Below are positions 46,761 to 56,634 of a DNA stretch of 64,000 bases, piece by piece. How positions within the stretch are numbered: the first letter of the stretch is position 1; each line of letters begins with the position of its first letter. Source of the stretch: a virus. Taxonomy: Duplodnaviria > Caudoviricetes. The notes beneath the pieces are model-generated. The model worked only from the letters and a program-made list of their open reading frames with translations, did not search any database and was not told the DNA's origin. Location of the stretch: IMG/VR virus record IMGVR_UViG_3300017913_001833, positions 32,001 to 96,000 of that record; one strand, written 5' to 3'. The translations under genes and the position numbers were made by a program.

Positions 46761-46789
46761 TTGACGATTTTTCCATTCTATAGTATACT
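46761..46789 (+). promoter_or_regulatory. sigma70 promoter, leaderless, for the panD operon
   Basis: TTGACG-N17-TATACT, ATG 6 nt downstream. Confidence 0.75.
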
Positions 46790-46795
46790 ATAAGT

Positions 46796-47149
46796 ATGAA
46801 AGAATATGTGCAGTCTAAACTTCACAACATAAATGTAACATCTAAAGCACTTGACTATCATGGCAGTGTTACAGTTTGTAGTGAATTATTAGAAAAATCT
46901 AAAATTGATGCTTATCAAAAAGTAGATGTTGTAAATTTAAACACTGGCAACAGATGGACAACATATGCTGTTCCAGGTTCTAAAGGCAGTTTTGAACTCA
47001 ATGGTGGAGGTGCTCGGCTAGGAGAAATAGGCGACAAGTGTGTTGTGATAGCCTATCAGAGTGCTAATCAGTTCCCAGGTGCTAGTGTAATTTTCTGCGA
47101 TAAGTACAATCATATAGAGTCAACATTAGATTACCCTCAGGAGAAGTAA
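46796..47149 (+). CDS. panD: Pyruvoyl-dependent aspartate 1-decarboxylase
   Basis: SKLH, YHG|SVT cleavage site, GNRWTTY, LNGGGAR, GD. Confidence 0.85.
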   Translation: MKEYVQSKLHNINVTSKALDYHGSVTVCSELLEKSKIDAYQKVDVVNLNTGNRWTTYAVPGSKGSFELNGGGARLGEIGDKCVVIAYQSANQFPGASVIFCDKYNHIESTLDYPQEK

Positions 47150-48082
47150 ATGAAATTAAATAAAATAGAAGGTTTTGGTAACCTCGGTGTTAAAATAAGT
47201 GATATTGATCTTAACACAGCATCTGATGAAGAGTTGATGGAAGTAGGACATGAAGTTCTTCATAAACTAGTTGTAGTAGTGGATAAAGAATGTGCAAATG
47301 TGCCTGTAGAAAGATTTCACTATATACAAACTCTTTGGGGTGACCCTGTAAGATCATATGCAAGTGATAGACTGAAAGAGCGTGTAGAAAAAGAGGGTTG
47401 GAGCAAACTATATCTCGAAACAGCAAAAGACATGAAAGCAATGACTAAAGATCTAAATCATTTGCCAGGCATGATAAGAGTTACAGGCATCAAAGATGAC
47501 AAGGGAAATCGCACTGGAATGTTTGCTGATGGTGAACTAGATTGGCATAGTAATCAACAAAGTGATAATGATGGACATGCTCCTTTAATTGGATTACAAG
47601 GTGTTGAAGGCACATCAGGATCTAGCACAGAATTTTTGCAAACAGTAGATGCATTTAATGAATTAGATAGCGACACTCAAAGTGAAGTTGATCAATTAAT
47701 TGCAATACACAAGTTTGAAAAAGATCGTGTTAGTAGAGGTACAAGTGATTCACAAGCACTTATTACAAATCTACAACTTGTACCAGAAGATAATGTTGAA
47801 ATGAAAGTTACAGTGAAAGCACCTAATGGCGTAAAAGGTATGCATTTTCCATGGACAAGTATTGTAGGCTTTAAAGATTACACACAAGAAGAATTTGAAA
47901 AACTATATAACTATCTTGTAGAACACCTATGGCAAGACAAATACGTTTATAAACATCAGTGGCAAGATGGTGATATTGTATGGATGGATCAGATAGTAAC
48001 ATTACATAGACGTCCTGGTAACGATACAAGCACAAGACTATTACACAGAATGTGTAGTAACTGGAGCAAAATGAGTGTATAA
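47150..48082 (+). CDS. TauD/TfdA-family dioxygenase (H-S-N motif)
   Basis: LDWHSN, YKHQWQDGDIVWMDQIVTLHRR, RLLHR. Confidence 0.82.
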   Translation: MKLNKIEGFGNLGVKISDIDLNTASDEELMEVGHEVLHKLVVVVDKECANVPVERFHYIQTLWGDPVRSYASDRLKERVEKEGWSKLYLETAKDMKAMTKDLNHLPGMIRVTGIKDDKGNRTGMFADGELDWHSNQQSDNDGHAPLIGLQGVEGTSGSSTEFLQTVDAFNELDSDTQSEVDQLIAIHKFEKDRVSRGTSDSQALITNLQLVPEDNVEMKVTVKAPNGVKGMHFPWTSIVGFKDYTQEEFEKLYNYLVEHLWQDKYVYKHQWQDGDIVWMDQIVTLHRRPGNDTSTRLLHRMCSNWSKMSV

Positions 48083-48770
48083 GATAAAGTTAGATGAAAC
48101 ATGGCATGTAAATTTACTTGACAAATTATTAGAACACGGACTAATAATTGTAAAATGCAATGCAAGTGTTTCTCTAGACGACTTTAAATTATTAGGTAAA
48201 AGATTAGGCAAGCCTTTAATTGCAAAAAAACATACACTAGATGAAGATAGACATGTACAGTATGTAAGTGACAAAGGTTTGTTTAGCAATGATGATGTTG
48301 ATTGGCATAACGACTGGAGTTACGGTGAAGGAAATTATTTCGGTACAATGTTATACAACAATAAGAATGGTCATTTAAGTACAACTGATTTTATTGATAT
48401 GCGTAAAGCATATGATGACTATCCTGATAAAGAATTTTTACATAGAACAGAAGGAACTTACTTTCCCCCACAATATTTACACGAAACTTGCTTTACACCT
48501 AGAATGTTAAAAATTTTAGAAAAAGCAAAAGTAACAAGGAAGTTTGCACATTTACATCATGCTACAGGTGATCACGTTATGTATATTTCTCCAGGTACAT
48601 TACAGAATGACATAGATGTAAATAGTTTAGTTGAACATTGTGAAAAAGACATATACGAACATCACTGGCAAAGCAATGATATTTTAATTTATGATAATAT
48701 TAGATATATGCATAGACGGCATGCATTTGAGGGAGAAAGAGAATTATGGCGAACCCAATTCTGGATCTAA
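48075..48770 (+). CDS. TauD/TfdA-family dioxygenase
   Basis: DWHND, HHWQSNDILIYDNIRYMHRR, RELWR. Confidence 0.85.
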   Translation: MYKIKLDETWHVNLLDKLLEHGLIIVKCNASVSLDDFKLLGKRLGKPLIAKKHTLDEDRHVQYVSDKGLFSNDDVDWHNDWSYGEGNYFGTMLYNNKNGHLSTTDFIDMRKAYDDYPDKEFLHRTEGTYFPPQYLHETCFTPRMLKILEKAKVTRKFAHLHHATGDHVMYISPGTLQNDIDVNSLVEHCEKDIYEHHWQSNDILIYDNIRYMHRRHAFEGERELWRTQFWI

Positions 48771-49471
48771 GCACTAATTTTAAATTACGTTCTATTTTAT
48801 TGTTTAATCATTTACTAGCCATTTATGCGCTAATATATCATTTTAACTTTGGGCTACTTGCTCTATCATATCTATTAGGTTTCTTGCTAGGAGGTATAGG
48901 TATAAGCATAGGATATCATAGATACTTTGCACACTATAGTTTTAAGACAAACAAATTTTACAAATTAGTGTTAACTGCAATAGGACATTTTTGTTCTGTA
49001 GGTAGTGCAATTACGTGGGTTGGTATACACAGAGATCATCATGCTCATAGTGATACAAAAGAAGACCCTCACAGTCCTATATACAATGGTTGGTTAAGAA
49101 CACTAGTGCATGTATGGGAAAAGAATACGATTAATCCAATATATGTAAGACATTTGTTAAAAGATAAAACACTAAAATTTCAGCATAGATATTACTTTCA
49201 TATTTTGCTAGGAGCAATAATAATCAGTTTGTTATTGTTAGGACCAGTAACTACAGCATACATTTATAGTATTCCTGCTATTCATGTATTCTACGCAACA
49301 GGAATTGTTAATAGTATTAACCATTGGGGCGGGAAACCAAACAACATTCCTTTACTAAACATTTTTACGAGCGGCGAAAGTTATCATGCTAATCATCATG
49401 ATAATGTTGCCAATTGGCGCTTTGGATCGTTTGATCCGATGGCTCCTATTATAAGGTTAATCAAAGAATGA
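48746..49471 (+). CDS. Membrane fatty-acid desaturase (delta-9-like)
   Basis: His boxes HRYFAH, HRDHH, HANHH; DPHSP. Confidence 0.88.
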   Translation: MANPILDLSTNFKLRSILLFNHLLAIYALIYHFNFGLLALSYLLGFLLGGIGISIGYHRYFAHYSFKTNKFYKLVLTAIGHFCSVGSAITWVGIHRDHHAHSDTKEDPHSPIYNGWLRTLVHVWEKNTINPIYVRHLLKDKTLKFQHRYYFHILLGAIIISLLLLGPVTTAYIYSIPAIHVFYATGIVNSINHWGGKPNNIPLLNIFTSGESYHANHHDNVANWRFGSFDPMAPIIRLIKE

Positions 49472-50376
49472 AATATTACGAACAAAGACCAGAAGAAAAT
49501 ACATTCAAAGTTATATTTGTAGATCTCACACATAGATGTAACATGGATTGTTTCAATTGTTATCTGCCTAATAGAACAATACCAGACATGGACGAAAACA
49601 TGTTATACGATGTTTTAGAACGATTACCTGAAAGAACTTATATAAGACTTATAGGTGCAGAGCCTACTCTACGCAAAGACTTAACTGATATTATAAGAAA
49701 AGTTTTACACTATGGTCATAAGCCTAGTGTCACTACAAATGGATTAAAATTAGCAAGTTTAAAATATTGTCAAGAACTACGTGATGCTGGGTTGCGTATG
49801 GTATTACTAAGCATGAATGGTGCTGACGAACAGAAGATATATGAAAAAATAGATAATCATAGCCACGCACATGATCTTAAAATGCAAGCATTAGAAAATT
49901 GTTTCAAAACAAAAGGCTTTATAATCAACACAGGTACTATTATCGCCAAGGGTGTGAACGAACATACACTTAGAAGGCAAGCAGATATTGTATCAGACCT
50001 AGCAGAAAAATATAAGCCAAGAGTGAAACCAGTATTACGTGTAAAAAACATAGGCGACCTAGGCCGTTACATGCAAGGCAACACTATGAGCTTTGAAGAA
50101 TTAGTAGATGTTGCAAGCAATCAGTTAGGTATACCCAAAAGTACAATAATGGCAGAACGTGTAGAAGCAGGCACAAATAAAATTACTACAAATAATTACG
50201 GAGAAAGTTATTTGTTTGAATACAAAAACGTATATGTAAGATTAATCAACTGGAATGAAGAAGATGATCTAAACGACAGTGGTATAAATGGAAGCAAAAA
50301 CAGAGGACGTCTTACTGAAGATGGTATGATAGCACCTTGTTGGGAGCATATAAAACTAAATGAGTACGGTTACTAA
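49468..50376 (+). CDS. Radical SAM enzyme
   Basis: CNMDCFNC; GAEPTL; TTNG. Confidence 0.88.
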   Translation: MKYYEQRPEENTFKVIFVDLTHRCNMDCFNCYLPNRTIPDMDENMLYDVLERLPERTYIRLIGAEPTLRKDLTDIIRKVLHYGHKPSVTTNGLKLASLKYCQELRDAGLRMVLLSMNGADEQKIYEKIDNHSHAHDLKMQALENCFKTKGFIINTGTIIAKGVNEHTLRRQADIVSDLAEKYKPRVKPVLRVKNIGDLGRYMQGNTMSFEELVDVASNQLGIPKSTIMAERVEAGTNKITTNNYGESYLFEYKNVYVRLINWNEEDDLNDSGINGSKNRGRLTEDGMIAPCWEHIKLNEYGY

Positions 50377-50974
50377 ACTAGATCAAACGCACAAAGGTTT
50401 ATTTAACAATTTTGTAAATGCAGAAATAGCACAGAGAAATTTGCATTCAGATCCCTTGTGGCAAAATATTTTGTTTATTGAACCAGATAGAGATATATTT
50501 GCCATAATAGAAAATGAGAATATAAAAGCATGTATGGCAGTTGAATACATCCAAACAATGCCTTGGTGTATACACAACACATTTATTATGCATTATGAAC
50601 TAAATGCTTTCACTGGAATCAAATATACAAAAAAATTATATGAGCATGTTTTAAATTACGCTGAAACTAAAGGTATATGGAGCCATTGGTATGCAAGAAC
50701 TGACAAAATAGATCAAGCATTAAAAAGTGAAAAATATGAATATGAAGGAATAAAACAAATGTCAAGATATGGAAATATGTTGGCGAAAGTTATAGGTGAT
50801 AGATATACTATTGCAGATAGAGCATATGTCAAAGCAGGACATTTAACAGGAATACCTCTATACGATAGGCTAATGATAGGCAAACCACTTCCATATGATG
50901 TAACACTACGGCAGATAACTATTAAACAATCAGCAGTAGCAGAAGGTTTTGGCGAGCGTATTACCTATGGCTAA
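50360..50974 (+). CDS. Hypothetical protein, possible GNAT fold
   Basis: beta-beta-helix pattern FAIIENENIKACM..LYEHVLNYAETKG. Confidence 0.5.
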   Translation: MSTVTKLDQTHKGLFNNFVNAEIAQRNLHSDPLWQNILFIEPDRDIFAIIENENIKACMAVEYIQTMPWCIHNTFIMHYELNAFTGIKYTKKLYEHVLNYAETKGIWSHWYARTDKIDQALKSEKYEYEGIKQMSRYGNMLAKVIGDRYTIADRAYVKAGHLTGIPLYDRLMIGKPLPYDVTLRQITIKQSAVAEGFGERITYG

Positions 50975-52106
50975 CATATTAATAAATTATCAAAGTTCAA
51001 GTCTAAGACATACAACTCAAGAATTAAACGAGCATAATCTATATTCATGGAGAGTGCTTAATAAAGATTTCACAAAACGCACTGCTAGAGAAATACATCC
51101 TAGCTTTATTGATAATATTGACATATATGATGACCCTAGACCTATTGTTGCAAAAAAGATCAAAGCCTATATGGCAGAAAAAAATATTGATCTAATTTTT
51201 CCTTTGTACAATGATATGATGTTGCCTTACTTGTATGACAAAGTAGGCATAACTAAGAAACAGGCTAGTATTTTATCAAACAAAGAATACTACAGTAAAT
51301 TAGCCCGCCAATTGCATATTCCTGTGCCTAAAACTTATACCAACGTCCATGATGCTACATTTCCTATAATTGCTAAGCCAGTTAATGGTACAGGCAGTAT
51401 AGGCATAAAGGTCTTAACTGACTTTGATGATTTTGCACAATTTGTATCTGGCAAAGACTATCAGCATAATGATTTAGATCAATACTACATCTTCCAAGAA
51501 TTTTTACAAGGTAAGACTGTAAGTTGTGCAGGTAGGATTGTAGACGGAGAATTGCTTTATGATATATCATATGAAATAGAATCAAGTGCTTTACCTTATA
51601 GAGCAGAGACTGGATTTATCTTTTCTGCTGATATGGATCATGATAGTACATTACAATATTATATAGAAAAACTAGTTAAAGGATTAGGCTTAGATAACTG
51701 TTGCTGGATGGCTGACTTTTTATACAGTGATGGCGAATACTATTTGGTTGACTTTAGTGCCAGGCTTAGCACCAGTGCTCAAACACTTATTAAATATAGT
51801 GCTAATGTTGACTATAATAAAATTGTTGTTGATAGTTTACTATACAAAGACAAAACAAAAGTAGACTGCAAAAAAAGTGTAGTGTATAGGCATTTTAATT
51901 TACCAATGAGCGAATACAACACTGATATAGATGAGTGGCTTGTTGATGAAATACAATTACCTGCATACACTACATACCAAAATAGGATAGACATGTTGGT
52001 ACAATATAATGGTTACGCAATAACTAGTGCAGAATCATTAGCAAAAGCAGAACATAAGCATAAAAAAGTAGTTCAAACTTTAGTAAAATCTCTTAATGTA
52101 ATATAG
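50967..52106 (+). CDS. ATP-grasp ligase
   Basis: NKEY..IPVP, FPIIAKPVNGTGSIGI, FQEFLQG, YLVDFSARL. Confidence 0.82.
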   Translation: MANILINYQSSSLRHTTQELNEHNLYSWRVLNKDFTKRTAREIHPSFIDNIDIYDDPRPIVAKKIKAYMAEKNIDLIFPLYNDMMLPYLYDKVGITKKQASILSNKEYYSKLARQLHIPVPKTYTNVHDATFPIIAKPVNGTGSIGIKVLTDFDDFAQFVSGKDYQHNDLDQYYIFQEFLQGKTVSCAGRIVDGELLYDISYEIESSALPYRAETGFIFSADMDHDSTLQYYIEKLVKGLGLDNCCWMADFLYSDGEYYLVDFSARLSTSAQTLIKYSANVDYNKIVVDSLLYKDKTKVDCKKSVVYRHFNLPMSEYNTDIDEWLVDEIQLPAYTTYQNRIDMLVQYNGYAITSAESLAKAEHKHKKVVQTLVKSLNVI

Positions 52107-52777
52107 TCGGGGCGCAGATTTTTTGTGACTTTATTATCCAATCTATTGTAACAAACAAACAATACAGTCCTGTCATCATTGCTTAAATTAGCGTCACTAG
52201 CATGTAGAGTATTGGCATGCATTACTATGCAGTCTCCGGCATTAGCCACCAGCTGTAGGGCTTTATACGCTGTTTTAGACGCCATTATTCCAAGGTTTTC
52301 GTCCGCACTATGTTTAATAGTCCATGAATCTGTTTCGAATTTTTCAACAGGTAAAGTATGTGATTCTGGCAATATTTGCAATGGTCCATTATTGTCATGC
52401 ATATCATCTAATATATACAGTACACTTATAGCATGAGGATTCGGCATGCCATCCATATTATGCCAATAAGTGTAATCGCTATGCCAAGCAAACTCTCCGC
52501 CTGTTTGTGATTTTTTATAATTGAAATGACACTGGTGTATGTAAATATCATCACCTAATTGTTCTTTGATATATGGTATTGCAGGATTGTCGTATAGAAA
52601 ATCATTTATTATTTCACTACGCCAATGCGGAGCAAATATGCTTCTAAGACTACCGTTGTTTTCTAGTATGTAAGTGTCATCAGCAGTACTGTATTCTAAA
52701 CGTTTTGCTTCTGCTTTAAGTGGTGTGGGATCAAAAATTCTTTGTAGAATTTCAAAGTCTTTATTCATGCAAGCCAT
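52073..52777 (-). CDS. PhyH/EctD-like dioxygenase
   Basis: FAWHSDYTYWHNMDGMP, NGPLQILPESH, HANTLHAS..N..R. Confidence 0.85.
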   Translation of the reverse strand: MACMNKDFEILQRIFDPTPLKAEAKRLEYSTADDTYILENNGSLRSIFAPHWRSEIINDFLYDNPAIPYIKEQLGDDIYIHQCHFNYKKSQTGGEFAWHSDYTYWHNMDGMPNPHAISVLYILDDMHDNNGPLQILPESHTLPVEKFETDSWTIKHSADENLGIMASKTAYKALQLVANAGDCIVMHANTLHASDANLSNDDRTVLFVCYNRLDNKVTKNLRPDYITLRDFTKV

Positions 52778-52794
52778 TCCAAGTCAGTAGTAAA

Positions 52795-52825
52795 AGTATT
52801 TATTGATAAATATATTTAGGAGACA
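52795..52825. promoter_or_regulatory. Back-to-back TAAATA promoter cassette
   Basis: AGTATTTA-TTGA-TAAATA-TATTTAGGAGACA. Confidence 0.65.
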
Positions 52826-52829
52826 TGAT

Positions 52830-53204
52830 ATGAAAAAAGTTACCGTTAAATTTACTTCAGCTACAGATGACATTGAAACATTTGTCACTGGGAAATTTGA
52901 TAGCCTAGATGATGCAACTTTAGCAAGTCTGCATTCAACAATAGGTACAAACACAACTAATGGAAATATTTGGTTAAGACATTATTGCATTGAAGGTAGT
53001 CAAGCTCATATGATTTATATCCTAGATGATGCTGATGCAGTGACAGCAGTACAGCCTGCTCTAACACTAATGGCAGGTATTGAAGGATATGTTGAAACTG
53101 TAACTGAAGATATGACTTTTGATGAATTCAGTGCTTATGCAGCAGATCACAGAGAAACTGAAATCGTACATGCACGTAAAACTGCATTAGATGAGGCTAG
53201 TTAA
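52830..53204 (+). CDS. Acidic hypothetical protein (124 aa)
   Basis: AGGAG SD, own TAAATA; no enzyme motif. Confidence 0.7.
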   Translation: MKKVTVKFTSATDDIETFVTGKFDSLDDATLASLHSTIGTNTTNGNIWLRHYCIEGSQAHMIYILDDADAVTAVQPALTLMAGIEGYVETVTEDMTFDEFSAYAADHRETEIVHARKTALDEAS

Positions 53205-54041
53205 TAGCTCTTTAACTTCTATTTCGTAAACACCATTATACAGTAATCTTACATCTTCAATACTAGAAAATACCTGTTCCATTATAGGAGATTCTTCTAG
53301 CATTTCCCATCCTGTATATTTTTGTCTAGGAACAAAATTATAATTAGTAGAATAAAGTTTATGCTTGCTAGTCCGTGTGCTTAGTTTACCCGGACGTTGG
53401 TTGTTAACAAGTTCTTGTATTATAGGATCTCTCGCGAATGCAACTACCATTTCGGGAGTGTAACGTAAAAAGTCTGGTGTGCCGTCTATGTTGTTTATTT
53501 CATACCAACGGTTATAAGAATTTACTCTTTCAGTTTCTTGCCATTTCCATATACCGTCATAATTTTTGAAGTACGGTTCACCATTGGCCATAATCACAGT
53601 CCCAGACACTTTAGTAATACCTTTCATAACAGGAATCATTTGATAAGCGCAACATTGAGCTTTGTGTGCAATGTCTTTAAATTCTCCGCTGTATACTAAA
53701 TCTTCAACATCAACATTTATTACTTGTGGAGTAATGCCATTAATTTTACAAAAATCATATGCATAATTTGTATCATGCTCGTTCCAGTGTCCGTAATCTA
53801 TTATTGCTACATCAAATTGTATGCCTGCAGACTGGAAAACTCTGATCATAAACTCGCTGTCAATACCTCCGCTAAATAGAATAGTAAGAGAGTGTAGTGC
53901 AGTTTGCTCAACAAGTTTTGCGGATCTGATACATTCATTAGTAAATGAATCTATTATATTGTTTTTACACTTGTCCAAATGAACTGTCCAGCTACTGCCA
54001 TTACCTGATTGTTTGAAATAATTATTATAAGAAAGATCCAT
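53187..54041 (-). CDS. PP-loop adenine-nucleotide alpha-hydrolase (asparagine-synthase-like)
   Basis: ILFSGGIDSE; C-terminal PRQKYTGWE. Confidence 0.7.
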   Translation of the reverse strand: MDLSYNNYFKQSGNGSSWTVHLDKCKNNIIDSFTNECIRSAKLVEQTALHSLTILFSGGIDSEFMIRVFQSAGIQFDVAIIDYGHWNEHDTNYAYDFCKINGITPQVINVDVEDLVYSGEFKDIAHKAQCCAYQMIPVMKGITKVSGTVIMANGEPYFKNYDGIWKWQETERVNSYNRWYEINNIDGTPDFLRYTPEMVVAFARDPIIQELVNNQRPGKLSTRTSKHKLYSTNYNFVPRQKYTGWEMLEESPIMEQVFSSIEDVRLLYNGVYEIEVKELLTSLI

Positions 54042-54713
54042 ATGAAAGCATTTAGTCCAATAGATTATAAGTTCGACAAAGAAGCAATTTACAAAGACTT
54101 AATGGAAATGAAAATCTTCGACAAAAGTTTCCTTGCTACAGTTATTTACAAAGACGGCAGGAGTAAGTATGATAAAGCTGGTGTGTTTGACAAGTATGAA
54201 GATGTAACACATTATGATGAGGAGGGCGAACTTGTAAAAGGCGATTACAATACCTTTGTAACATATAACTTTACACAGTGTCCTGATATTCCTGAAACAG
54301 CAGACAACAGTTTTACAGAGACTGAAGATGGTAGAAAACCTGTTTGGCATGTGTATGATCTACCGTGGTTCTGGAAAAGCAACACTCCAAAAAGTATAAA
54401 AGAGGCTGTCAACAATTTAGGATTATCTTATATAACTTGTGTAAGGCTAGTAGGACAAACACCTCCTAGTAAAGGCATTGTTCATGTAGACGCAGATTAC
54501 AAAGACAATTTACGTTACTACAAAAAAGGCGGAGTAAGTATTACTCTTAACATAAGCGATGGTGGTGGACATCTACAATACCTTACTCCTCAAGGTATGC
54601 AAGAAGTAGATGAATCTTTATACGACTGTTGGCATTTCAATGATGCACTACAACATAGGACTACAGAAATTACAAGCCCTAGAATACAAATTAGAGTATT
54701 TGGAAGAAAATGA
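54042..54713 (+). CDS. Fe/2OG oxygenase-like protein
   Basis: HVD...FNDALQH..RIQIRVFG. Confidence 0.65.
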   Translation: MKAFSPIDYKFDKEAIYKDLMEMKIFDKSFLATVIYKDGRSKYDKAGVFDKYEDVTHYDEEGELVKGDYNTFVTYNFTQCPDIPETADNSFTETEDGRKPVWHVYDLPWFWKSNTPKSIKEAVNNLGLSYITCVRLVGQTPPSKGIVHVDADYKDNLRYYKKGGVSITLNISDGGGHLQYLTPQGMQEVDESLYDCWHFNDALQHRTTEITSPRIQIRVFGRK

Positions 54714-55420
54714 CAGACTGGCGCAATTTAGTTTTTTCACCATTAGACTTGCCAAGTCCACCCGAAGTAGATATGGATGCTTTTATCGAGTGGCATGCTA
54801 AACAGAAAAAGTTTATGCTACAACATAATCAAAACAAAGTCAACAGTACAAATATATACGGAGGCTATTGTTGGCACATAAGTTGGGCAATCTGGTGGAA
54901 TACATATAAATTAGACAACCCTTGGATTTGCGGCTTTGAGAAATATTTTCCTGAGCTAGTCGACTATATAAACATGTTTCCTTTTACGCAAATAAAAAGT
55001 ATCAGTTTCCTTAATCAGATAGGAGGCGCAAAAGTTGAACCTCATAGTGATCCTGATAAAATGTGGGGTATGCGTTTTTACTTAAAAAATAAAACCAAAG
55101 ATGCTCTATACTTTAGTAGAATGAAAGAACCTCGTAATGAACGCATAGCAACAATGGAAGATGCAGATGGCAATCCTTTAAGCAAACGTAGAGATCATTT
55201 AGATTTTTGTAGAGATGAAAAAATTTATGCACGTTTTCCTAAAGACGAATGTGCTTGGATGCTTAACAGTTACAGAGCATGGCATGGTTTAGATGAAAAC
55301 GCTTCACCAACAGGAAGCAGAATTACATGTGCTATAATCGGCGACTACGACAAAGACAAACTTTTTAACTTGCTAGACTCAAGCACAAAAGAATATAAAG
55401 ATTATCAAATTTGGTTTTAA
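54710..55420 (+). CDS. Fe/2OG oxygenase-like protein
   Basis: PHSD...LNSYRAWHG..RIT. Confidence 0.65.
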   Translation: MTDWRNLVFSPLDLPSPPEVDMDAFIEWHAKQKKFMLQHNQNKVNSTNIYGGYCWHISWAIWWNTYKLDNPWICGFEKYFPELVDYINMFPFTQIKSISFLNQIGGAKVEPHSDPDKMWGMRFYLKNKTKDALYFSRMKEPRNERIATMEDADGNPLSKRRDHLDFCRDEKIYARFPKDECAWMLNSYRAWHGLDENASPTGSRITCAIIGDYDKDKLFNLLDSSTKEYKDYQIWF

Positions 55421-55421
55421 C

Positions 55422-56042
55422 ATGACAATACTATACACACCTTTAGATTTACCAGCACTAGACTTTGACAGAGAAGAATTTATAAAATGGCACGAAGCAA
55501 AAAGATGGCGTAACAGAGATAACATTAATTACGACACAAAAGATTTTATTGCTCCGTGGTTAGTAAGTTTTGCGTATCATAAAGACTATGGTTGGTGTAA
55601 CAGATTTATGAAAGTCATTCCAAACTTTCAAGACATATTGTACAATCATCTTCCATACTATGATATTACATATGTAAACTTTTTAGAACAAAAGATTCCT
55701 TGTCAACTACATCAAGATGTTGGCAGTCGTCCTGAAAGAGAAGACGAACCAGGTGCATACAAAGCATTTATGGTTTATGATGCACCATTAATGTATTTCC
55801 AAGTAGGAGAAGATAAGAAAAATCTTAGTGAAGAAAAGTTATATATTCAACATCCTAATGAACTTACGAAATGGTTTGCAATTAATAACTATGATGCATA
55901 CCATGCAGCTGACTTGCCAAGCAAGGGTCAACGCAAAATTATAATGACAATATTAGGAAAATTAGATAAAGAAAAACACAAACAGATACTAGATAGAAGT
56001 TTAGAAAAGTATAAAGATTATCTAATTACCTGTAAAACTTAA
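55422..56042 (+). CDS. Fe/2OG oxygenase-like protein (paralogue of the upstream gene)
   Basis: Shared PLDLP..F.EWH N-terminus and LD.S...YKDY C-terminus; HQD...NNYDAYHA. Confidence 0.65.
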   Translation: MTILYTPLDLPALDFDREEFIKWHEAKRWRNRDNINYDTKDFIAPWLVSFAYHKDYGWCNRFMKVIPNFQDILYNHLPYYDITYVNFLEQKIPCQLHQDVGSRPEREDEPGAYKAFMVYDAPLMYFQVGEDKKNLSEEKLYIQHPNELTKWFAINNYDAYHAADLPSKGQRKIIMTILGKLDKEKHKQILDRSLEKYKDYLITCKT

Positions 56043-56634
56043 TTAGATCAAATTGGTCGGGCTTTTTATTTCTACTGCTTATTGCAATATCAGGTTTTAC
56101 ATTAGCATGATCCCAACCTAGTTCTACTCCATCCTTATATACTTTTCTAATTGGATCTGTGTCTAATTGATCTATATATCCTATACCAAGAATAATGGCG
56201 GCTGTTTTTCCAGACCTATCTAATTTTTTTGCAACTTTACCAGGTTCAATACATCCACAAAAGCCTGTTTGTAAACCTATTTCTTCGGCGGCAACCATTG
56301 CTATTGTTGCACTTACTATACAGTCTGCATATGTTTCTTTATCTTTATCAGATGCTATCCATGTTAAAATCACAGGAGCAAGAACTTGTCCGTTGTACCT
56401 TCTTACACCATCGCCTTCTGCGCCTCTTACTCCATTTAGGCAACAGGTATTTTTATAGTATAACCAATTTTTAAATTCTTCTGATTTAGAAACAAAAACT
56501 TCATATTCAAAATTTCCATTTTTAGATGGAGCATTGTAAAGACAATCTAGAACGTATTTTAATTTTTTATCCTCAACTTGAGAATCACTCCACCATTTTG
56601 CAGTTATACGTTTTTGTAAAAGGTCTTTTATCAT
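56026..56634 (-). CDS. Nitroreductase-family flavoprotein
   Basis: RITAKWW, APSKNG, AAEEIGLQTGFCGC, LGIGY. Confidence 0.8.
   Translation of the reverse strand: MIKDLLQKRITAKWWSDSQVEDKKLKYVLDCLYNAPSKNGNFEYEVFVSKSEEFKNWLYYKNTCCLNGVRGAEGDGVRRYNGQVLAPVILTWIASDKDKETYADCIVSATIAMVAAEEIGLQTGFCGCIEPGKVAKKLDRSGKTAAIILGIGYIDQLDTDPIRKVYKDGVELGWDHANVKPDIAISSRNKKPDQFDLIKFYR

Noticed and set aside
53187-54041. SGGIDS protein as the missing QueC
   Set aside because: Has the PP-loop but lacks the QueC C-terminal Zn-binding Cys cluster and lies 15 kb from the deazaguanine locus
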